Source: Macrostomum lignano
Taxonomy: Eukaryota
Reading direction: 5' to 3'
Length of the DNA stretch: 64,000 nt
Assembly (NCBI GenBank): GCA_002269645.1
Contig: NIVC01000176.1
Location: 248,001-312,000, forward strand
Shown: positions 12,868-24,400 of the stretch, piece by piece
Layout of the letters: the number at the start of each line of letters is the position of its first letter
How positions within the stretch are numbered: position 1 is the first letter of the stretch
Translations under genes and position numbers: made by a program
Notes under the pieces: model-generated
What the model saw: only the letters and a program-made list of their open reading frames with translations
Databases searched by the model: none
Told to the model about the DNA's origin: nothing

Positions 12868-13501
12868 CACAGAACTTACACAGAATGCTCAATCAGCGAT
12901 TTAATGAAATTAAACTGCGTAGAAATAGAGATGCGTACAAACTACTAATCCGGTGAAGAAACATAAGTAGCCATAGACTATTACTCAAGTGTGTAGCACA
13001 AGACCGCCTGATTTATTAAGTCAGTAACCAGAAACCATGCAGCAATCGAAACGTAAAACGTGAAACGTAGAAACCAGTTAAACTGGAGCACAAAACGTTT
13101 TGAAGTGATGCAACTCAAAAAGTTGGATAAAAAACGGACAAGTGTCATTAAAGCACTGCCATTAGTTGCCAACGTTCATTCGCAAAAATTTCTTGCTCAC
13201 TGCCCAGCTTGCTTCCTCTTCCTTTGCCTTTGAGTTTCCCGTCGCTGATTGCTGCACCAATGGTGCAGCCGTAGGCGGCAATACAGCGCTGCAAAGCTTC
13301 ACGTTTCACGTTTTACGTTTCGATTGCTGCATGGTTTCTGGTTACTGACTTAATAAATCAGGCGGTCTTGTGCTACACACTTGAGTAATAGTCTATGGCT
13401 ACTTATGTTTCTTCACCGGATTAGTAGTTTGTACGCATGTCTGTTTCTACGCGGTTTAATTTCATTAAATCGCTGATTGAGCATTCTGTGTAAGTTCTGT
13501 G
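12868..13501. mobile_element. Non-autonomous DNA transposon / foldback element with 201-bp TIRs and 8-bp TSD
   Basis: 12868-13068 is the reverse complement of 13301-13501 with 3 mismatches seen. AACAACAC flanks both ends (12860-12867 and 13502-13509). Confidence 0.92.
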
Positions 13502-13525
13502 AACAACACTGCACGGGCCAGCACC

Positions 13526-14902
13526 ATGCCAAATGCAGAGGATGCGGCAAACCAGACGGAGGAAAATGACGAAAACCTTTTGAATTGCCTCGATCCGCAC
13601 TGTGAACCTTTTTTAAATAAAACGGTACAAAACATACGCACTAATAAACTCATTAAAAACTGGATTCCGCCATCCGACTTAAAACCCAAACTGCCGATTG
13701 GAACAATTTTGGCCAAAAAGATACCGATCTGCAACACCAAAGAAGAGAGGTTGCAGCTGCAGCAGGAATATGAGCTACTTTCGCAGTGTAATCACAAAAA
13801 TATTGTAACCACATTTGCTATGAAAGACAACGGCGAGACAATTTTCTTTGTAATGGAAGCTGGTGAGCAGAGTCTGTATGGTTTTCTCTATTCTGAGGTC
13901 CCGACTTTCCCTGGCGATACATCTAATGAAATCGCCACTGGTTACACCATGCGCCGCTGTTTAACATGGCTGAAGCATATCGCTGAAGGTCTGGATTATT
14001 TGCACAGTAAAAATATCCTGCACAGAGACGTCAAGAGTGGCAACGTTCTGCTGTTTGAGGACGGTACAATTTGCAAAGTATGCGATCTCGATTTGAGCAG
14101 AAAAGATGACACCCCTGAAAAGAGCGGGGGCAAAGGAACTGGTCCTTACATGGCACCGGAAATCCAACTGGATAGGAGGTCAAAATACACACTAAAGGTC
14201 GACTGCTTTTCATTCGGCGTCCTCATGCTCGAGTGTCTGATTAGAGAGTTTCCGCAGGAACGACCGACCTATGTAGATGTACCGGGGCGTTCAACTTTCA
14301 GAGAAAAGGTGGACGAGAAGTTCAAATTTGAGTTTCTCAGAGAAGTGATAAAATTACTGCTTTCATCGGAACCCGAGGAGCGACCCAGTTTTAAATTAAT
14401 TGTTAGCCAATTGGAGACATGTCTTCCAAATTCTGACCTGCCACGACTGCAGAAACCATGTGTGCCCGGTGTAGAAAATAAAGAAAATTACCCGTCACCG
14501 GCACCGGAGATTCCAAGCATTCCTAGGACAGGCCTTACATTGTACTATTCTGTCGAGAACTCGCATTCCAATCAAAAGGCAACCAACTCAGAGAAGGAGC
14601 GAATTGCTGAAATTCTCAAAACATTGAGCCGTCAGATCAAGTGGGCGGGCCAAAGAGAAGTGGAGTACTATCAAGTGGAGCACCATTTTAAAGTTTGCAA
14701 TCCGATTTACCCTAAAGAATTCTGTCGACTTGAGCACACAATTGCTAGCAAGAATGATGAAGTGCAGCAGAAATGTTTTAACTATTGCAAGAAACACCCC
14801 GACCATATCGACTGGATGAGAAGAAAGTTCGAAGACGAGCCGGGACTTCTCCTCGACTTCAAAGTTGACAATAAAAACCCAGCTGCACCGGATGAAGAGT
14901 AA
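13526..14902 (+). CDS. Intronless atypical Ser/Thr kinase (TKL/TAK1-like) with unknown C-terminal domain, 458 aa
   Basis: ATG in GCACCATG context. Motifs: LAKK (beta3 Lys), QQEYELL (alphaC Glu), LDYLHSKNILHRDVKSGNVLLFEDGTICKVCDLD, GTGPYMAPE, KVDCFSFGVLMLE and PEERPSF. Confidence 0.9.
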   Translation: MPNAEDAANQTEENDENLLNCLDPHCEPFLNKTVQNIRTNKLIKNWIPPSDLKPKLPIGTILAKKIPICNTKEERLQLQQEYELLSQCNHKNIVTTFAMKDNGETIFFVMEAGEQSLYGFLYSEVPTFPGDTSNEIATGYTMRRCLTWLKHIAEGLDYLHSKNILHRDVKSGNVLLFEDGTICKVCDLDLSRKDDTPEKSGGKGTGPYMAPEIQLDRRSKYTLKVDCFSFGVLMLECLIREFPQERPTYVDVPGRSTFREKVDEKFKFEFLREVIKLLLSSEPEERPSFKLIVSQLETCLPNSDLPRLQKPCVPGVENKENYPSPAPEIPSIPRTGLTLYYSVENSHSNQKATNSEKERIAEILKTLSRQIKWAGQREVEYYQVEHHFKVCNPIYPKEFCRLEHTIASKNDEVQQKCFNYCKKHPDHIDWMRRKFEDEPGLLLDFKVDNKNPAAPDEE

Positions 14903-15681
14903 GGAGGCCTTCAAATTTACTGATTGATTCACTGATCAAATTATTTACAAATTTTCTCGACCTTATAAAGTTTCCTGTGACTACTTTTTGTAGCGTGATT
15001 CCTTTGTAATAATACTGTAATCTACTATATTCCGTGAAAACTGTAGGGTCTCAAACGAAAAGCGTTCGGTCGTAGATACTCGTACTGAAAACGAGTATCT
15101 TTTGCCGGCTATTTAATGAAATATTTGACGCCAATGGCCTTGGCATTCGTTTAAGAATAAATTAAATAAATTACTTTTGTCAGCGTTAAGGCTCTTAATT
15201 ATAGGATTCCCTTCTCAAAAGAGAAATATTCTTATTAATTATTCTGTTCTGTTACCCGAATTTATGACGATTCATGATTTGAATTGGGCGTTGAACTTCA
15301 CATCTGTCATTTTTTTCTTCTTTGAGGATATAACGCAATTGTTAGTTTTAGAAATTAATGTTTATGTTTTCGCGTACGTTTCGTACGGTTTTGTGTAACA
15401 GTGAATATACATGGTGAAGGTTTTCAGTCCTAACTTTGTTTCGACTTTTTTAATTGACAAAAGTTTCCTGCTTAACTATCCTAAATGTATTGTAGCTTGT
15501 ATTCCTGTAGACGCGACAATGGTATGCATACAGATTGCTTCAGTATATGTACCCTGTAGCAGAGTTCAATATTCGCTACAACATACTCGCGCTCGTAATG
15601 GGACGCATGATTAAGCGCGCATGACATAAAGCGCGCATTTTTTAACTAAGCGCAATTAAGCTCTCAGTGACGCAAGCGCGC

Positions 15682-15821
15682 ACTGGCACAAGCGCGCATC
15701 TTAAATGCATGAGTCTGGCACAAGCGCGCATCTTAAATGCATGAGTCTGGCACAAGCGCGCATCTTAAATGCATGAGTCTGGCACAAGCGCGCATCTTAA
15801 ATGCATGAGTCTGGCACAAGC
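15682..15821. repeat. 32-bp tandem repeat (~4 copies)
   Basis: Unit ggcacaagcgcgcatcttaaatgcatgagtct. Confidence 0.9.
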
Positions 15822-16377
15822 TACTGAAGAGCTACTGAACATTTTACCATTTTTAATTGCAACATTTTAACATTTTAAGCCTGAACATTTTAAGTTTGTG
15901 AAAAATAAATATAGAGAAAATAAAGCAATTCCTGACTTGGTGCCGGATAGTCGTAAAAATGGCCTGCGCGCTATTGTGTCTAAGAGCACGAACTCCCATT
16001 TCCAGACCGCAAGTCTGCAGGCTAGGGAACAGATATCAGTGCTCACTTACTGTTGCGGGGCTCATAGTACCGCGGTTCTACGACAACTGCCTGCATGCGG
16101 CGACAGCTGACTGGAGACAACTGCAGACTGCTAGCTGAGCTTGTTCAACAACTCAGAGCGCAACATCACAGTATATTATTATAGCAATTAGAAGAAAATA
16201 CAAAATATCAAACAGAGAAATAAAAAGACAGGTTTTATTAGTGTAATGAATTCAAAAGTATGAAATATATATATATTTAACTGCTCACGCGAAATTCTAC
16301 ATCAACAGAAACTATTTATTTGCTACTAAAGTACATTTGTTCACTTAGTTATTAACTTGAATAAAAGCAGTTGTTTC

Positions 16378-16860
16378 CGCAGGCAGTTGTCGTGCAGGCA
16401 GTTGCCGTGCAGGCAGTTGTCGTGCAGGCAGTTGCCGTGCAGGCAGTTGTCGTGCAGGCAGTTGTCGTGCAGGCAGTTGTCGTGCAGGCAGTTGTCGTGC
16501 AGGCAGTTGTCGTGCAGGCAGTTGTCGTGCAGGCAGTTGTCGTGCAGGCAGTTGTCGTGCAGGCAGTTGTCGTGCAGGCAGTTGTCGTGCAGGCAGTTGT
16601 CGTGCAGGCAGTTGTCGTGCAGGCAGTTGTCGTGCAGGCAGTTGTCGTGCAGGCAGTTGTCGTGCAGGCAGTTGTCGTGCAGGCAGTTGTCGTGCAGGCA
16701 GTTGTCGTGCAGGCAGTTGTCGTGCAGGCAGTTGTCGTGCAGGCAGTTGTCGTGCAGGCAGTTGTCGTGCAGGCAGTTGTCGTGCAGGCAGTTGTCGTGC
16801 AGGCAGTTGTCGTGCAGGCAGTTGTCGTGCAGGCAGTTGTCGTGCAGGCAGTTGTCGTGC
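16378..16860. repeat. 15-bp near-perfect minisatellite (~32 copies)
   Basis: Unit gcaggcagttgtcgt; produces the four spurious ORFs 16345-16988. Confidence 0.98.
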
Positions 16861-17564
16861 TACCCATAATTTCAATGGTTATCGTAATAAATCGTCAATC
16901 AGTAAATCGTCTAATCGAGTATCGGCATCATCGGTCAAAAGGATCCTATCATAGCCAATCCCGTAGGAATATGGCTGAGGCCTATTAAAATTCAAAATTC
17001 AACAGAAATCAATTAATCAGGTTAACAACAATTTATCTCTCGATAATCAAATAACAAAGACGTCACAGAAGGCTTAACAAACGGTACGGATTTGTCTCAA
17101 AGAACCGATCCTCTCGATTGTATAAAACCAAATTAATCTTAATTGGGACTGCTCTGACTCTGAAGTTTTTCGGGCTCTCAGAGTGTTTGTATTTATGTAC
17201 ATGTACATATCTATACACAAATTTTGCGAAAACTGGTTTATCCCGGTTTAATTTGATTGGCCGAAATTAAAGTCAAATCGTAGAAATTCTAGCAAATACT
17301 ATAGGAGAGGACGTTTTTACCATGTACCTTATTTGAGGTCGTGCTACACATGCTTACGCTATCATGATTCATCTCTTGCGCGTCATTGAATATATAGTAA
17401 CATATGATTGATTTTTTTCATTATTACCACGTACCTATAAATGTGTAACATTATTTCTCTCTGTGCGTGGTAGTGTTGCTTTACTAACAGTAGCATTATA
17501 TGAATGAATGAATCTCTACACTTAGTTTTACTGTTACATGTATGTTACAATCCGTCTTTTTTAT

Positions 17565-17656
17565 CGCCAAAATGAGTGCCTGCGGCGCCAAAATGAGTGC
17601 CTGCGGCGCCAAAATGAGTGCCTGCGACGCGAAAATGAGTGCCTGCAGCGCCAAAA
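17565..17656. repeat. 21-bp repeat, same family as 47966-48768
   Basis: Unit cgccaaaatgagtgcctgcgg, ~4 copies. Confidence 0.9.
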
Positions 17657-19076
17657 GTAGCAATGGCATAAGGCATAGCCAGCCAACTCGGCCCGGCCCC
17701 CAATCGAAATTCCTGCAGCTACGCCACTGTGTACGTGTACGTTGTGCATGCAGTGCATGTAAATTAAATCATGTATATGCAGGTTGTTTATGATGAGCTT
17801 TTTTTCTCCTTTTTTGCGATGCGAATAGCGTTCGCCACAGGGAGGCAGTACGGACCCAGTAGCAAAGCCACCGTCGTAGCGATCGGGCGTCCCTTGTTTC
17901 CCTTGTTTTCAATCAACAATAAGGTTTGAAAGACGTTTCTCAAAGTTAAGAGTTCAAATACATTAAACTTTGCTAGACAACTGAAAAAATCAAAAATAGG
18001 AATAATTTTTTTCTTAAAAAATACATGCTTTGTTTTAAAAGTTTTCATTATTTTATAAAGCAATTTTCGATTTTATTGTTTGTTTTTATTACGAGTGACT
18101 TGATTGTATATGAACTCTTTATTTTCTGAGAAAACAATTTTCGTTTTCGATATTACCGTGGCATGACTGTTTTCGAGTCCCTGAATGAAACCAGCTGATC
18201 CAACTGATTCGAGGTTTGCGTCGCGAAGCATAAAAAAGATCTTGGGTGTCACAAAGCTATAGCGTAGCAAACAGATTGTTAAAAAGCAAGTTTGTTCTCT
18301 ATTTTACTCATGTGCCTCTATGGAATCAAGCATATTTCCTCTAATGCTCTTGTTACTTAGTACTACTGCTTTTCATTGGCAAAGCCAAATTTCCTATTTT
18401 ATATTTTAGAACCAAAGATAAATATGCTGCTACTGTTAGCCTGACTGAATGTCTATCTGAATACTGAAGGCACACTGTACTGATTCAAGTTAGCTATCAG
18501 AATTTTCTATATAGGCATAGGCCTAGGCTTAGCTAAGAGTTAGGCCTACATGTATATTATAGGGTATCAATGTTATAGAAGGCAAAAGCATAATTTGAAT
18601 CTCATACTTGTCACATGGAGTTATCATAGCTACACAGGGTACCATCTATAACTTTTATGAAAAATTTTGAATGAAAGCATTGGCGCTTGTTTAATTAAAA
18701 ATGCTAATAGGCCTATTAAAATTCTATTTTATAAAATCTTATTAACAAAATGGAGAACATTATCCATTATCAATTAGAGATTATCTATTTAAGTCTATTA
18801 AACCAAAGGATAAAGCAAAAGATTTTCATAAGCTTCCTAGATTTGTCATAATCATTTTATTGCTTTTATATAATAAATGACAAATAGCTTAAAAATTAGA
18901 AAATTAGAGATGATAGGCAGGCCCTATATCCCTAAAATATAAATTACAATGACTAAAAATTTATTTTGTAAATAGTATCTAATGCCTATATTGTATAACC
19001 CCATGATTTATATTACTTTATAACTTAATTTTTTAACCAAAAATGCAACTTGTCTATTAAAAAAACCTTAATCTAT

Positions 19077-19623
19077 AGTCCAGATCATGGCTTGTACACC
19101 AAATTAATTTGGCATACAGTCACCCCTTGCTAACCCTATTGGCATACATTGGCGTACAACCAAAAAATTGGGCCCTACCTATTGGCCTAAGTGGCATACA
19201 CGCTGTTGCTGTAACAGCTTGCAATGTAATGAACATAAACATTGGTATTTTTTAGGAATTTGCACAATAATTTAAAAAATTGAATTTATGTAAGAAATAC
19301 ATTCACTTTAACAAAATATATTCCCATCTATTGTTGTATGGAATAATTTTAATATTCTAATAAAACCTGCTGCTAGAGGCATTTTATATATTTTACTTGC
19401 TTATAGTATAACAGGGATATATATAACAGGTATAACTATATTTAAATTGTGATATGCTTCATTTTTTGTTAACTATTAACTGGCAGTTAACATCCTTAAC
19501 TGTATGCAACTATTGAAAGTGGCGTACAGTTAGGGAAGGCAGAAAAAATTTGGCATACATTGGCATACAAACTGTGGATCCATCAAGTTTTAGTTTGGCA
19601 TACACCTTGCCATGATCCGGACT
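19077..19623. mobile_element. Putative MITE with short TIRs and TA flanks
   Basis: Left TA|GTCCAGATCATGGC and right GCCATGATCCGGAC|TA (one mismatch). Internal ttggcataca sub-repeats. Confidence 0.55.
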
Positions 19624-21145
19624 ATGGCCCTCAATAAAGTAAATATGTATAAAAAAATTTATAAATGGCAAAAAATAACCCTATTATTAAGGCAAAATGC
19701 CTTTTTTGTCCTATAGTACTATGTTTATATTTTTAGGTTTGCAATTTACCTTGGCTAGATCTTTTGCTAGCAAAATGGGCTAGGTTGGCCAGGTATTAAA
19801 TGTGTATGGTCTCAATATATTTATTCAAAAATTTTGTTCATTTGATCATTTTGCTTCATTTTAAACATTTTTGCATTTTGTAGTAATGTGTTATGATTTT
19901 TATTTAGTTTTTATGTACTTTTTTAAATTTTCACTTTTTCACTTTTTTCCTTTTTTGTTTCTTTGCTTTTTGCTTTCTCATCTTTTGTTTTTGGTAATCA
20001 ATTTCGTAGCTACCTATCCTTGGTTTACCACAATTTCTATTAGTTAGATTGGCTAAGTTAGGAAGTAGTTGGGTATATATGATTTAATAAAATAGTATAA
20101 ATATTGAATGATATGATTTTATCAAATAATCTTATAAACTAAAATTAAAATGATTCCATGTATGTATACAATTGAAAAATTAACAATTTAGAATTTTAAC
20201 TATCTTTAAAAAAGAAAAGATAGTATCAATATCTGTTTCTATTTTTCCATGCATTTTGACTATATAAGTCATCATCATGGTAGGGAATTTGTTTATTTGA
20301 TTGAAATAGTCAGTTTTGATTGAAATTAGGTTCTAATAAAAATGCTTAATATTTTAGAAATATAAACAAGAATTTCATTGTGTAATCAATAATCAATGAT
20401 TTTACAGTAACCAATCTATTTATTCTTACAACATTGTTTACAAAGCAGCAATGATCATTTTATCCAATGTTCCTTTACCTTAGTATAGTATATAGGTGGT
20501 TCTTCATTATTTCTTTGTAACATCTAACATTTTAAACATCTAAATTTGTAAGCAAAATTTATATATAGCATTATAGGGCACATGGAATATTGGAATTAAG
20601 TCTGCAGCAATGTTTGCCATAAATTACCCAACTTTGGAAACAATCTTTTCATAGATTTTTTACCATTTATGGAAGGCTTTTTCTGTTTTTTTACTTTGAA
20701 CTTTTAAATTCCAAAAATGAAAAGACAAATAAACAAATAAAACTAAATGACAAACATATTAAAAGCTTAAGTTAGTAGCAGTTGCACAGTAAAATTTTAA
20801 TAGCTAGAGATAAGAAAAGACAATGACCTTTGTGTGTCACTTGCACTTTTTTACTTTTTCAAAATTACTAAAAAATGTAATCAATTGTACATATATTTTT
20901 GTTCTTTGAGCTATACAATAAACATCTTTTTAAAGCATCTTTATATTTTTAATAAAGATAAGTATCCTAAGTATATTTACCAATAATACAATCTGATTTG
21001 TACTCATATTTATTTGTATTTTTATTTTAACTTACCATGAGAATATTTAATCTGTTTTTTTTGTTAGTTTTGTTCTTAATTAATCTATGATAATTTATTT
21101 TAATTTAGATTTCTTCTTTTTAAAACCCGATTGTTTCAGTCTATA

Positions 21146-21335
21146 ATGGAAACCAATTCTGATGCCAATGGGGAAAATTACCAAAACCAGCAAGCTGCAC
21201 CTGTCTATGCACCTCGGCAATATCAGGTAAAGCTTGTAATGGCTTCGTGTCTATATGTCCTATTGGCTGTCTGTCTGTCTGTCTTTGTGTCTGTCTGTCT
21301 GTCTGTCTGTCTGTGTGTCTGTCTGTCTGTCTGTG

Positions 21336-21432
<97 letters not shown>

Positions 21433-24400
21433 TTGTCTCTCTGTCTGTCTCTCTTTGTCTCTCTGTCCATCTGCATCTGCCTGCCTAACTGCCCCCGCCT
21501 CAGATTGACATCGCCAGCGAAGGCATCAAGCGCAACATCATAGTGAAGCTTGACACGGGCAGCGGCAAGACTTTCATCTCCGTTATGCTTATTCGGTATT
21601 ATCTGGCCAACTCTCGAATTGAATTGGACAAGGGCGGTCAACGGTGTGTGTTTCTGGTGAAGAATGGTGAGTTGGCCTTCTAGTATTTGTTTATAAAGTC
21701 CTTTTTTAGGGTAGGCGAACTGACAAACCCAATCTTGACTTAGCCACCAAAGCCCTCACTCAGCCACCCCAGCCCTAAGCCAACTCAGCTCTCACTCAGC
21801 CACCTCAGCCCTCACTCAGCCACCTCAGCCCTCACTCAGCCACCTCAGCCCTCACTCATCCACCAAAGCCCTCAGTCAGCCACCCCAGCCCTCAGCCAAC
21901 TCAGCTCTCACTCAGCCACCTCAGCCCTCACTCAGCCACCTCAGCCCTCACTCAGCCACCTCAGCCCTCACTCAGCCACCTCAGCCCTCACTCAGCCACC
22001 TCAGCTCTCACTCAGCCACCTCAGCCCTCACTCATCCACTAAAGCCCTCAGTCAGCCACCCCAGCCCTCAGCCAACTCAGCTCTCACTCAGCCACCTCAG
22101 CCCTCACTCAGCCACCTCAGCCCTCACTCAGCCACCTCAGCCCTCACTCATCCACCAAAGCCCTCAGTCAGCCACCCCAGCCCTCACTCAGCCACCTCAG
22201 CCCTCACTCATCCACCAAAGCCCTTAGTCAGCCACCCCAGCCCTTAGTCAGCCACCCCAGCCCTCACTCAGCCACCTCAGCCCTCACTCAGCCACCTCAG
22301 CCCTCACTCAGCCACCTCAGCCCTCACTCAGCCACCTCAGCCCTCACTCAGCCACCTCAGCCCTCACTCAACCACCTCAGCCCTCACTCAGCCACCTCAG
22401 CCCTCACTCAGCCACCTCAGCCCTCACTCAGCCACCTCAGCCACCTCAGCCCTCACTCAGCCACCTCAGCCCTCACTCAGCCACCTGTTTCTGCTGCTCT
22501 CCAGTGCCGCTGGTCCGCCAGCAGGCCGCAGAGATTCGCCGCTGCCTGTTCACCGCCCAAGATTCCAAGGACGTTGGCGAATTCATTGGCGACATGGGTG
22601 GCGAAATGATCGACCTCTGGGCAGGCGACAAATGGCGTCAGATGTTTGAGCAGCACCGGGTCCTGGTGATGACTGCCGACATTTTCAAGGACCTTCTCAA
22701 CCACGCCAAGGCCAGGCCTCACTGGGTGTCTCTGCTAGTTCTGGACGAGTGTCATCACCTTGACAAGGGCGACGCCTATGCCGCAATCTGTCAGCGCCTG
22801 TTGGAGATGTCTCAGAAAGGCTGGGATCGGACTGGAATGCGGCTGGTTGGCCTTACCGCCTGTCTGTTTAATGGCAACATCAAGCGGAACAAACTGCAGG
22901 TAGGGATTAGATAGTGTGATAATCCGATGCTTTAATGTATTAGACACTGGGATAATCTGATCCTAGGAAGGATTAGACTCTGGGATAATCCGATCCTAGG
23001 AAGGATTAGACTGGGATAATCCGATTCTTTAACGTTTTAGGTACAGGGATAATCCGATCCTATGGGGGATTAGACACTGGGATGATCCAATCTTATGAAG
23101 GATTAGACACTGGGATAATCCGATCTTATGGATTATTAGGTGCTGAGATAATCCTGAGTCCTAATGACTGAGTGATATAATGCGATCTTCTGCCTTCAAA
23201 CAAACAAAAACACCGTGGGCTTCAAGATCATGTATGTCCACCCCTCCGTTGCTACGCTGCTTGTACTATTCTAGGCCCTGCCTATTTGCCCATTTCTATT
23301 GTTCTAGCTTAATTTCTAAGCCCTAAAAGTGAATTTTTTAACCTACCTGTTGCGACATTTCAGGAGCGACTTGATGAACTGCAGCGGAAGATGCTGGACG
23401 CTCGCATCGTCACCTCCACCCACCAGGAGGCCGAAGGATTTCGACTCCGCTGCAGCGAAGAGACGCTGCTCTACAAGCCGCTGTACAGCACTGAGGAGGA
23501 GAAGTCCGAGACCATCAGCGACCCGATCTACCTGCTGCTGTGCCGCTCCCTGGCTGACGCTAAACAGCGATTAGATAACGGCAGAGCTAAATCGGGTCGG
23601 AGTTCGAGGGGTCGGAGCTCCGGTTAGTCGCTTCAGATCAAATTATTAATCATATTTGATCAGATGGGTTTGAAGTCATACACTGCAGTGTTTGAGTTTT
23701 TTGAGGAATATGATTCTATAAAGGATTAGACACTGGGATAATCCAATGCTATGAAATATTAGACACTATGATAATCCGATCCTGTTGTGGATTAGACACT
23801 GGGATAATCCGATATTGTTGTGGATTAGACACTGAAATAATTCAATCTTTTTGAAGATTAGACACTGGGATAATCCGATCCTGTTGTGGATTAGACACTG
23901 GGATAATCCGATCCTGTTGTGGATTAGACACTGGGATAATCCGATATTGTTGTGGATTAGACACTGAAATAATTCAATCTTTTTGAAGATTAGACACTGG
24001 GATAATCCAAATATTTGAAGGATTAGACACTGGGATAATCCAAACCTGTGTAGGATTAGACACTGGGATAATCCAGACCTGTGTAGGATTAGACACTGGG
24101 ATAATCCAAACCTGTGGAGGATTAGACACTGGGATAATCCAAACCTGTGGAGGATTAGACACTGGGATAATCCAAACCTGTGTAGGATTAGACACTGGGA
24201 TAATCCAAACCTGTGTAGGATTAGACACTGGGATAATCCAAACCTGTGGAGGATTAGACACTGGGATAATCCAAACCTGTGTAGGATTAGACACTGGGAT
24301 AATCCAAACCTGTGGAGGATTAGACACTGGGATAATCCAAACCTGTGGAGGATTAGACACTGGGATAATCCAAACCTGTGGAGGATTAGACACTGGGATA

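Noticed and set aside
16345-16988. Long ORFs such as (RQLPA)n, (TTAC)n, and similar ones at 6506, 23974, 25688, 27811, 28637, 35204, 42123 and 47944
   Set aside because: They are translations of tandem repeats that lack stops, are open on several frames, and mostly lie in introns of well-supported genes.
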